From Cenarchaeum sp. (lineage in GTDB: Archaea; Thermoproteota; Nitrososphaeria; Nitrososphaerales; Nitrosopumilaceae), in assembly GCA_965242695.1 (NCBI GenBank), contig CBDESU010000001.1, positions 416,001 through 480,000 on the forward strand: DNA of 64,000 nucleotides. Direction: 5' to 3'. The notes under the pieces were generated by a model that saw nothing but the letters and a program-made list of their open reading frames with translations, made no database searches and was not told the origin of the DNA. The translations under genes and the position numbers were made by a program. Position 1 is the stretch's first letter, and each line of letters opens with the position of its first letter. Positions 48,746-60,700 of the stretch are shown piece after piece.

Positions 48746-51700
48746 GTGAGGTTGCATGCCGGGTGCATCGAGCGGCGGCGGACTGCCGGTCTGCCTGCAT
48801 CTGCGCCCGCGATGGCGCTTGTCTTGGCCGCCGTCGCCGTAGCCGCCGTCGCCGTCGCCGTCGCCGTGCCGGCCCTTTCGCCCGACGCCGTCCATGTCGC
48901 GGGCGGTGACGACGCCGCGGCCGCCGCGGCCGCAGTCGCCGGCGCCGCCGCGGCCGCCGCGCAGGCCATACTGCTCGGCGCAACGGGGGCGGACATCCTG
49001 CCAGAGGCCGAGGCCCAGCGCTCGCGGATCACGTGGATTGGGCTGTATCAGGACTATGGCCCCAGAATCAAAATCGTCTTTAGCTGCTGGCCGGTGCCGA
49101 GCACATACAACTCGGACTACCGCCTGGTCATCGACGGCGAGCGCCGCAACCTGCACTCCTTCCTGTACGCCGGCAGGGCGGTGCTCTTCCGCATCACGGG
49201 CGACACCGACACCTCGTCGACCGGCACGCTCGACATGCGGGCATCGACGCGGAGCAGCCTTGGCTGCTGGCACCCGGCCCATTCTGGAATAACCGTGCCG
49301 GACAGGTCGTCCCCCCAGCTCCTGGGCGTCAACTACGACCGCGAGAACTCGCGGATCACGTTCGTAACCGGCGAGGCGCTCCGGCAGGGCTCGCCCCCTC
49401 CCAGCTCGATCGCGATCAAGTGGATGGACGTGCCGGCGCCGTCCGGACGCCAGCACTGCGCCGCCGCGCCCGGCGGGCAGGTGTGCACGAACAGCTTGTA
49501 CGCCTCCTGGTCGGCCCAGCGCCTGCTCTCGCACTGCGGCGCAGGCGGCGGCGATCCCATCTGCGGCAACGCGGCGAGCCTGGGCGGAGCGACGCTGTCC
49601 AAGCGCAGCGCGGCGGTATACGACATGAGCCTCACCGCAGCCCAGGTCTCGGCGCTGGACGGGCACCTGGCCCGGGGCCACTCGCTGGTCGCGACCGGCG
49701 CAGGCGGCGCCGCCGACGCCGCCGGCAACCGCCTCAGGCCCTCCCTGATGTTCGTCACGCCCGTCCCTGACTCGTCGCCCCCCGAGGTTCGGTCCGCCTC
49801 GCTGGACATGGACGGCGCGCTGCTGACGCTGCGGTTCAGCGAGCTCGTCAACCCGTCTGCAACGCGCCCCGCCTCGATCGCGCTCGTCCTGCCCGGCGCC
49901 GGGGCCGGCGGCCCCGCCAGCGCATCCCTGGAAGGCTCCGTGGTGCCGGGCGGCCCCGTGCCGGGATCCAACGGCAGCGTTGTCACGATAAGGCTCGCGC
50001 CGGAGCCGATGGCCGCCGCGGCGGCGGCGGAGCGGATCGGCGGGGCGCTGGCAGTCAACTTTACGGCCGGCGCGTTCAGGGACGTGTCTGGAAGGGGCGC
50101 GGATGCGTCGGAACCCGGCGGCATCGCGCTCTCCGTGATCCTGGATACGAAGAGGCCCGCCTGGAGGGTCGCACCGCACCTGGACTTGGACGCGGGCACA
50201 ATGACCTTTGTATTTGACGAGTACATCGACGCCTCTGCGTCGCGCCCCGGCCGGATCACACTCGGGGGCGCCAACGGCAGCGGCGCCTTCGACCTGGGCG
50301 CGGCGGCCCTGCCGGACGGGGACGGCCAGACGGTCGCGCTCACGCTTGCCGGATGGCACAGGACGCGCGCCCAGGCGATCCTGAACGAGGAGCCGCCGCT
50401 CCGGGCGGTCATTGCCCGCCCCTTCAGCGACCTGTCCGGCAACCTCAACCGCGAATGGACGGTCAGCCCGACCGTAGTGCCCGACACCACGGCCCCCGTC
50501 GTATACAACGCGACGCTGGACCAGGGAGCCGGCCGGCTGATCCTGGCGGCGAGCGAGCCCCTTGACGCCTCGCGGGTCGATCTCGGGTCGATCTACATTG
50601 GCGGGAATGCGGACGGCCTGCCGGCGAACCAGACGTCGTCCGGAAGCCTGGTCCATGCGTACGGGGCGCTCGGCGCAGTGCAGCACGGCCGGATGAGCCT
50701 GGCCGGCGCCTCGCCGCCAGCGTCCGACGGGAATGCGCTGTCCATGGGGCTGACTGCGGCGCAGAGGGCCGCCTTCCTGGGCGAGTACGAGTTTTACGGA
50801 GGCCTGGTCGCCAACCTCACAGCTCCCCTGTACGACACGGCCGGCATCGCAACGGAGCAGGCGCGGATTGCCAACGACTCGGTCATAGTCCTGGAGGATG
50901 CGGCGGGACCCGCGCCCGACCCCGACCTGCCGGCGTCGGTGAATCTGGCCACCGGCACGATGGCGGTGCACCTCGACGAGTACGCCATAGTGGACGAGAC
51001 GGCGCCGCGGAAGGTGAGGATCGTGGGCGCCGACGACGGCGCGCCCATTGCGGCGGCCTCGTCCGTCAGCGACGGCCCCAACGATGCGGCCCCCGTGGTC
51101 GCCCTCGGGAACCACACGGGACGCTACAACGTCACTGCATCGGCGCGCATCGTGCTCGACGTGGATCCGGGCGGACTTGCCGCGCTGGCCGAGGCCCACT
51201 CGAACGGAACCGCCGCGGTCCTGGTGCTCGAAGAGGGCGCGTTTGCCGACCTGCACGGGATCCGATCCGCCGCCGCGACGTTCAGGTCGGGGCCGACCAT
51301 CGCCGATCTGATCGCCTGGTTCAGCGGGCCGTCGGCGGCCGAGCCCTTCCCGTACGACTCTTCGCCCCGGATCAGGTTCGCCGACGATGCATCCCCGCCC
51401 GGCCTCGTGCCGGGGGAGGCGCCGGTGCTGGACCTGGAGCGCGGCACGCTCTCGATGCGGTTCAACGAGACGATCCACATGCAGTGGATCGACCTGGGGG
51501 CCGTCAGGCTGCGCAGCGCGCAGTGGGACGGGGCGCTGTCCCTGGCCGGCGCGTCGCTGCCCGACGGCGACTCGGACACGGTCGTGATCGCGCTGTCCGA
51601 GTCCCACATGGCCGAGCTTGCAGGGCGCGGGCCGGCCGCCCTGGGCACGCTGGTGCTCGACGTGGGATCCCACGCGATCTCCGACCTGGCGCACCACGAC

Positions 51701-54700
51701 TTTGCGGGCCTGGCGGGCTCTCCGATCTCGGTCGTGCGCGACACTGCCGGGCCGCGCATCCTCGATGCGGCCCTCGATCTGGGCACCGGGGTGATGTCGG
51801 TGCGGTTTGACGAGGCGGTCGACGCCGCTGGCCTGAACGCATCGGCGCTCACGGTGCGCGCCGGCGCCGGCTCCGGCGCCAACTCGACCGCCGGGGCGGG
51901 CGTTCCGCTCGCCGGCGCCGCCGTGGCGCCCGCCCCGCAGGGCCGCGCTGCCGGGGCGGACGGGCTGGTGGAGCTGGCCATACCGCACCGCCTCCTCGAT
52001 GCGGTCGTCTCGTCGGTGGGACCGGGCCTGCCGGATGCCGCGCCGGGAGCGGCCCCGGACCTGTGGCAGGGGCTCTTGACGCTCTACTTTTACGGCGCGG
52101 TGCTCAATGCAGCGCCGGGACTGGTGCAGGACCTGTGGGGAAACGAGTTCGGCGGGGCGGCCGGATGGCCGCTGCGGATCGTCCCAGATGCGGTTCCGCC
52201 GAAGCTTGACGACGCGCGGGCCGGCACGGCGCATCCGGCCGTCCTGAACCTGGAGGCCGGCACGATCTCGCTCAGGTTCGACGAGAGCGTGTCGGTAGCG
52301 CTGGCCGACGCGTCGCTCATGCGCGTGGCGCACCGTAACGGATCCGCCGTCGCGGAACTGGCCGGCGCGGCCGTCGGCGCCTCCACCGCCGGCGAGTCCG
52401 TGGGGCCGGCAGCGCAGCGGCCCTCTGCGCCGCGGCTCGACGACCTCCTGGTGATCCGGCTGACGGGCGCGCAGGATGCCGCGCTTGCGGCCGCAGTTGC
52501 CGCGTCGGCCCCGGCCCTGGATATAGTGCTGGCCGCGGGGGCCGTCTCTGATGCATCGGGCAACGCAAACACCGCGACTGCGCACAACCTCTCCGTTGCG
52601 GAGGACAAGACGCCGCCGACGCTGGCCCCCGGCGGGCCCCGCCCGTCGCTCGACATAGAGCGCGGCCGGCTGTCGGTCTGGTTCAGCGAGGCCGTCGACG
52701 GGCCGTCGGCCGATGCGGGAGGGCTGCGCGTGACGGCCGCGGCCGGCGCCCATCCGACAGGCCTGCTCGGGGCGCGGCTGCAGGCGTCCGCCGGCGGCGA
52801 GCTCGCCGCGCTGCTGACCGAGGCGCAGCGCGCGTCCGCGGCCAGGGCCCTGCGGGCCGCAGAGGCGGGCGGGCCGCCGGCGGACGGCCCGCAGGGCGCG
52901 CGCCTGTTCCTGGATATAGAGGGCACCGCGGTCGAGGATCTTGCGCACCACCGGTTCGCCGGCGCCTCGGGCCTGCCGCTGGACGTGGCGCCCGACCGGT
53001 CGCCGCCTGCCGTGTCGTCGGCCGTGCTGGACCTGGGCCGCGGCGCCGGGACGCTCACGCTGCGCGCCGCGGCCGGCGAGCACCTGGACGGGAACGCCAC
53101 TAATCCGTCCCTGCTCGCGCTGCGCGGCTCCGCGCACGGCGGCGCGTGCCATACCGCGCTCGGCGGCGCGCCGGGCCTGCACGCCACGTCGGGCTCTACG
53201 ATTACGGTGCGCCTGACGGCGGAGCAAAAGGCCGCGATCGATGCGGGATGCGGCAGGGACGGCCCGTCGCTCGTCAACGTCTCGGCCGGCGCGTTCGCAG
53301 ATGCGTCGGGCAATCCCGTCCGGGCCGGCGCCGCGGCCAACCTGTCCGTGGCGCCGGACAGGTCGGGGCCCGCCTTGGCGGCGGATCCCGAGCTGGACCT
53401 TGGCGCCGGAACGCTGCTGCTGGAGTTTACGGAGCGCATAGGGGCCGGATCGGCCGACGCATCGGCCCTGACGCTGGAGGTCGGGAGCGCGGGGACGCCC
53501 GCCCGAATTCCACTCGAGGGCGCGGCGGCGGCCGCCCCTCCGCCGCCGTCGCACCCCGCGCTCTCCTCGCGCGGCCCGCAGGAGGACCATGCTGCGCTGG
53601 TCGCGCTCAGCCTGACGCCTGCCCAAAAGTCGGCCGCCGTCCTGGCCGGCGCCGGCGCCCCGGCGCCGGTGCGCGCGGACATGTCGGCTGGGCTCGCCGG
53701 CGACATTCTCGGCAACCGCTTTGCGGGCGAGTCCGGCCGGGCGGTGTCGACCGTCGCCGACGCGGCGCCGCCTGCCATCGCCAACGCCTCGCTCGACATC
53801 GGCGCCGGCTCGCTCGTGCTGTACGCCGACGAGCATGCGGACGGCGCGTCGATCGACCCGTCCGGGGTGCGCATCGCCGGCCCGCCCGGCGTGGGCCTGT
53901 CCGGCGCGCACCCGTCCGCCTCGCACTCTTCGGCGCGGCCGGCCGTAGTGCTGAACCTGACCGAGGCGCAGAGGGCCTCGGCGGCGGCGGCCCACAACGG
54001 CACGACGGAGGGCCTGGCCGTCGACGTCGACGCGGCCGCGTTCGCCGACCTGTCCGGAAACCCCGTGCAGGCGCGCAGCGGGATTGCGCTCGCCGTGGCC
54101 GCCGATGCGGACCCCCCCGCACTGGCCGCGGATCCCGTGCTGAACCTGTCCGACGAGACGCTCACGCTGTGGTTTGACGAGTGGGTCGACGCCTCGCGCA
54201 CCGACACATCCGGCATACGCGCGCACGGCGCGCAGCAGGCAGGGGCGCCGGCGGGAGGGCCGGGGACTGCCAGCCTTGCCAATGCGACGCTGCGCGCGGC
54301 ATCCGACGGCGCGCGCGTCACCCTTGCGCTCACCGATGCGATCGAGACTGCCGTGCTTGCCGCCAACCTCACGCACGGGCCGCTGCGCATAACCTTCCCC
54401 GACGGGGCGTTTCGCGACATGTCCGGCAACGCCCTGGAGAACGCGGCCAACCTCACGCTGGCGATCACGTCCGACGGCGACGCGCCGCTGCCGTGCGGGG
54501 CCCACAACGCATCCGATCCGGGCATGTGCGGAACAGGCGGCGCCCCGGCCGGCCAGGTGCTCGACCTGGATGCGGGCATGCTGCTGCTCCGCTTTGACGA
54601 GCCCGTCGATTCCTCCCGGATCGACCTGGCGGGGCTGGCCGTCGGCGGGGCGGGCGGGCTCAACCGCACCTCGCTTGGCGGCGCCGCGGTGGTCGCGCCC

Positions 54701-57700
54701 GACGCGGACACGGCGCACCCCTCGGTGGCCCTTACGCGGATGCAGCTTGCGGCCGCATCGTCGGCGCACCGCGCCGCCTCGCAGGGGCCGCAGCAGGACG
54801 ACGGCGCCTCCCTGCTGCTCGACATTGCAGAGGGGGCTGTGATCAACGCAGCCGGAATTCCGATTCGGGGCGTAGAGGGGCTTGCCCTTGGCGTGCGCGA
54901 CGACACGACGGGGCCCGCGCCGGACGCCGTCCGCGCCGCCTCGCTGGACATGGGCATCGGCGAGCTTGCCGTGCCGCTCGACGAGTGGGCCGACCCGGCG
55001 CAGGTCAACGCCTCTGCGATAGCGCTCCGGGCGGGAGGGCAGTCGACGGCGGTGAGGCTGGGCGGGCCGGGGGCGCCCCCTGCGCAGGCCCTGGGCGACG
55101 TCGTCGCGGTGCGCCTCTCGCCGGAGCAAAAGACGGCCGCCGCCGCGGCCCTAGAGGCGGCGCGGCAGCCGGGCGCGCCGCTGGGCCCCATGGCGGCCGA
55201 CCTTGACGCCGGCGCCTTTGCCGACCTGTCGGGCAACCCGTCGGGGCGGGCATCGGCGCTGCCCGTCAACGTGACTGCCGATGCGCTGCCGCCGGGCCTT
55301 GCCGCCCCGCCGGCACTCGACCTCTCGTCGGGGGCCCTCGTGCTGCGGTTTGACGAGCAGGTCTGGGCGGCGCCGGGGGCCGACCCGTCGGGCCTTGCGA
55401 TCTCCGACTCGGCCGGGGATCATGCCACGCTGCTATCGGGCGCGGCGCTCCCGTCCGACCCCGACGTCGCCGTCGTACTGGCCCTCTCGCAGGCGCAAAA
55501 GGCGTCCGTCGTCGGCGCGCTCGCCGCCATCGCCCCCGCCTCCGACCTGTACCTGTCCATTCCCGCCGGATTCTTCGTCGATTCTGGCCGGCTCGGCTCG
55601 GCGGCCGTGCAGCGCGTGCCGGTCGCAGTCGCACTCGATGCGGCCCCGCCCGAGCTGTCCGCCCCTGCGGGCCAGCCACACGCGCTGGACCTGTCCGCCG
55701 GAACGCTGGCGCTGCGGTTCGACGAGCACGTCGATGCGGCGCGCACCGATGCGGCGGGCCTGAGCCTTGTCGGGGCGGCGGGGGCCGGCCGGGTGCCGCT
55801 CGCAGGCGCCGCCGTGTCGGCTGCCAACGGCGCGTCTGCCGGCGGCCTGCTCGTCTCGCTCACGCCGGATCAGAAGGCGCGCGCCGTCGCAGTCGGCGCG
55901 GCGGGACTCGATGCGTCCGGCTCGTCCGTCTTTGACCTGTCGGGCAACCCGATGCGCGCCGTCCGTTCGATCCCGCTCGGCGTCTCTGCCGACACGGCCC
56001 CGCCGGATCCAGACGAGGCCGGCATCGTGCTGGACCTCTCGGCCGGCACGCTCGAGGTGAGGTTCGACGAATACGTCGACGCCTCGCGCATGAACGCATC
56101 GCTCATACGGATACTCGACGGGCTTGGCGTGGAGCACGCCTCGCTGGCGGGGGCCTCGGCCGCGCCGTCGGCGGGCGACGGCACGGTCGCGGTCGTCTCG
56201 ATGACCGCGCACCAGGAGGCGTCCGCTGTCGAGGCCACGCGGGCGGCCGAGGGCCGGCCGGCGCTCGCATCGATCGCCGCCGGCGCGTTCTACGACCTGT
56301 CGGGGAACCCGTCGCCGGCCGTGCGCGCCGCCCAGATTGTACTGGCCGCCGACGGCGATCCGCCGCGCCTGGCCGACGGCATCGCGCCCGAGGTGGATCT
56401 GGGCTCGGGCATCCTCACCGTGCGGTTCAGCGAGTACGTCGACCTCGGGACCGCAAACCTGTCGGGGGCGGCGGTGCGCCCAGCACTCGGCGGGGATGCG
56501 CCCGCCGCCCCGGCCGTTCCGCTCGCGGGCCTGTCGGCCGGCGGCGGCGGCGGGTACGCCAGGGACATGGCGGTGGCGCTAGCCCCGTCCGGCAAGGCGG
56601 CCGCGGTTGCGGCGTACGCCGCCTCGGGCGGCCTGCTCTTGGACATGCGGCCCGGGGCCGTGGAAGACCTTGCGATGCACGGGTCGGCCGCAGTCGACGG
56701 CGCCCGCATGGCGGTCGCGCCCGACTCGACGGCGCCCGGGCTGCTGCCGGAGAATGCGACGCTGGACATGGGCCGCGGCGTCCTGCGGATACACCTTGAC
56801 GAGTACGTCGATGCGGCGGCGGCCGACGCGTCCGCGCTTGCGCTCGTGATCCTGCCTGCCGGCGGCGGCGGGGGCGGCGGGGGCGGCGGGGGCGGCGGCG
56901 GCGGCGGTGCGGAGGAGGCGGGCCGGCTGCCGCTTGCCGGCGCAAGGGCGGTCGCCAGTCCCAACGCCTCCGATTCCGGCGCCTCGGCCGGCATCGGCGC
57001 CACCGACGCGCCGGCCATCCTGCTTACCGCCGCCCAAAAGGCGTGGGCGCACCGCGTCCCCGAGGGCCGGCTCGGCCTAGAGGCGGCGCCGGGCGCGTTC
57101 GCGGACCTTTCGGGCAACCAGCTGTCCGACGCCGGCGCCCGGCTCGGGGTCGATCGCGCGCCCGACGGCATCCCCCCGGCGCTCGATCCGTCGTCGAGGC
57201 CCGTCCTGAACCTGGCCACCGGGCGCCTGGCCGTTGCCCTCGACGAGTTCGTCGACGCGCGCGCCGTCGACATGTCTGCCATTGCGATACTCGGGGGCAA
57301 CGGCAGCGGACGGCAGCCTGCCGCCGACGCCGTCGTAGTCGCATCCCTCGAGGGCGCCGCGCTGGTCGAAGGGGCCGCGCAGGGCGCGCCCGGCATCGGC
57401 GGCATGCCCCGCGTGCAGCTCCAGCTTACGGCCGGACAGGCGGCCGCCGCCGAGGAGTTCCGCCTGTCAGGCGCCGCCGGCGGCGCCCTCTCGATCGGGC
57501 TGCGGGCCGGCGCCTTTGCCGATCTCGCCGGCAACCCGTCGCGGGCGGTCGCCGCCGCGCCCGCCCTGGTGCTGGACGACGATGCGGCGCCCCTGCTGGC
57601 CGCCGCCCCGCTGCTCGACCTCGACGGGGCCGGCGCCACCCTGTCGATCCTGTTCAACGAGGCCGTCGATGCGCCTGCCATAGACCTGGCCGGCATTGCG

Positions 57701-60700
57701 ATAGCCGCGCCGGGCCGCGCCCCCGCCGCCGGGGCCGCGCCGGGCCTGTCCGGCGCCGCGCTGCCGGCCGCGCCGGCCCCGAACGTGTCGATATCGCTCA
57801 CGCCGGCGCAAAAGCTGCGCGTGCTCGGCGACCTGTTCGATCCGGACGGCCCCGGATCGCTCGAGCTCGGAATATCGCCCGCGGCCGTCTCGGACCTGGC
57901 CGGCAACGCATTTGCGGGGGTCAACGGCTCGTACCTGCCGGTGCGCCCGGACACGACGCCCCCGCGCCTTGCAGCTCCGCCGGTCCTCGACCTGGGGGCC
58001 GGCACCGTCAGAATCGAGCTCGACGAGGCGGTGCTGGTGCCCGCCGGCGCCGATCCGGCCGCCGGCATGCTGCTGGGCCTTCCCGCGTCCGGCCCCGCGG
58101 CTGCACTCGTGGGCATGGGCGGCTCGGAAATGTCCCTCTCGCCCGGCAGGGATGCGATCCTGGTGTCGCTGACGGCTGCGCAAAAGGCGTCCGCGGTGGC
58201 GGCCGCGGCGCGGCAGGCCGCCGCCCCGCACTCGCTGATCATCCCGAACGGCACGATAACGGACGTCTCGGGAAACCAGCTTGCGGGGCTCGGCCCCGGC
58301 GGCGCGGCGGCGCTCGAGGTCGCCGCCGACCATGCGCCTCCCGCAATCGCCCGCGCGCCCGTCCTCGACCTGGGCGCCGGCACGCTTGCGTTTTCGTTCA
58401 GCGAGCACGTAAACGTCTCGTCGGCCGATCCGTCGCGCATCGCCGTCGACGGCAACCCCGCGGCCGGAAACGACCACGTGCGCCTGGGCGGGAGCGGCGT
58501 CCTGGCAGGCGGCGGCCCCGGCGGCGCGGCAGGCTCGGCGGACGTCTCGCTGGCCCTCTCGCCCGACCACAAGGGGCGCATACTCGACGGCCCCGGAGGC
58601 GTCGATGCGGCCGCGCACGCGCACGCGGACATCGGCGCCGGCGCGTTTGACGATCTCTCGGGCAACCACCTGCCGCGCATCGACGATCTCGGGCTTTCGG
58701 TGGTGCCCGACCGCACGCCGCCGGCCCTGGCCGCCGCCCCCGCCATCGACCTCGGGCGCGGCATGGTCGGGCTAGAGTTCGACGAGTGGGTGGATCCGGC
58801 AAGGGCCAGCCTGCGGGCCGTCTCGCTCGCAGTGCACGCGGCGGGCGGCGGCGCCGGCAACGGATCCGATGCGGCCGGCCGCGAGCGCAGCATGGACGTG
58901 TCGGGGGCGGAGCTTGTGCAGGATCGGCGCGGCGCCGGCGCCTCGGGCGGCCACCTGGCCGAGATCCGCCTCACGGCGGACCAAAAGGCGTGGGCGTCGG
59001 CAGCATACGCGGATGCGTCGGCCGCGCGGGGCCTGGAGGTGGGCGTGCGGCTCGGCGCCGGCGCGTTCCGCGACCTGGCCGGAAACCCGCTGGCCGGCGC
59101 GGATGCCCCGGCCCGGGCGGACGTCTCGCCAGACCTGGTGCCGCCGGCGCTCGACCCGTCCAGGCCGCCCGTCCTGAACCTGGCCACCTCGACGCTGGCG
59201 ATCTACCTCACCGAGCATGCGGGCGCGCAGGGGATCGACGCATCGGCGCTTGTTCTCAGGGGGCCGCCGGGCGGCGGAGGCGGGGATCAAGGCGGCGTGA
59301 CGCTTGCCGGCGCATCGCAGGATGCCGGGTACGACCCGTCCCGCCCGCGCCTGACCCTGACGGGCGAGCAGGCGCGCGGCGCGGCGGCGGCCGCGGGGGC
59401 GTCCAATTCCACGGCCGGCCGCGGATCCCTGCTCCTTGACGCGGCGGCCGGCGCCGTCGAGGACCTGGCCGGCAACCCGTCAGAGGCGGCGCGCGGCCTG
59501 CCCGTGGCCCTTGTCGACGACGGGACGCCGCCCGAGGTGCAGCCGCCTGCCGTGCTGGATCTGGGGGCGGGCGTCCTGACGGTGCGGTTCTCCGAGGCCC
59601 TCGACCCGCGCATAGGGCTGCAGGGGATCTCCATCGCCCGGCAGGACGGCGGGGACGGCAGCCGGCCGGCAGGCGAGGACATGTCCGGCGCCGAGCTGCG
59701 CGCCGATGCCCCTGCCGATACCGTCGCCGTCCTGCTCTCGCCGGCGCAAAAGGCGTGGGCGGTGGAGGCGGCCGCCGCGGGGCCGGTAGCGCTCGCCGTT
59801 GCGCGCGGCGCCGTCGAGGACCTGGCCGGCAATCCAGTCGGGGACGAGCCCGGCGTGCCGGTCGCCGTGGAGGATGACCGCGTCCCGCCGGGACTCCTTG
59901 CCGGGGCGCGCCCCGTCGTCGACCTCAACGACGGCACGATCCTGTTCCGCTTTGACGAGTACATCGACGCCGCAACGGCCGACCCGTCGAGGATCGTCCT
60001 CCGGCTGTCCGGCCCGGCAGCCGCCGCGTTGGATCCCTCCGCGCCGGGCGGCGGCGAGACGTCGGTGCGCCTCGGCGGCCCAGCCGCCGCGCCGCCGGAG
60101 CCTGCCGCCGGCGACGGCGCCTCCCTGTCCGTCCCGCTTACGCCTGCGCAAAAGGCGTGGGCCGTCGGGACCGAGGCGGCCGCGCCGGGGCACATCCTGG
60201 TGGACATCGCCGCCGGCATGGTCGCAGACCTGTCGGGGAACCGCCTGCCGGCGGCCGGCGGCCTGGAGGATGTGGTCGTCGCCGACGCCGAGCCGCCGCA
60301 CCTGGGCGAGCCGGGGCCCGTCCTGGACATCAACCGCGGCGCGCTCACGCTCGTCTTTGACGAGCACATGGACGTGTCCGCATCCGATGCGCTGGGAATC
60401 TCCGCGAGCCGGGCGGCCGGCGGCGCCCCGATCTACCTGGGCGGCTCGATCAACGGGACGGGCGATTCCGAGACGATAGTCGTGGCGATCGGGGCCGAGC
60501 ATCTTGGCGATCTGGAAGCGGCCGCATCGGGCGGCGGCGGGCTCTTGCTGGACGTGGCGCCGCGCTCGCTGTTCGACCTGTCGGGCAACCCGTTCGGCGG
60601 ACTGGCCGCAAGCCCCGTCAGCACGCTGCGGCCGGCCGAGGTCGAGTCGGCGGCGGTGACTGGCCCCTCAGAGATCGCCGTCCGCTATACCGAGAGCCTC

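Noticed and set aside
35048-59187. Very long minus-strand ORFs (e.g. 35048..38845, 37716..40934, 48701..55129, 52090..55269, 56290..59187)
   Set aside because: Antisense shadows of the GC-rich giant genes: Arg/Ala/Ser/Pro-rich with no domain motifs.
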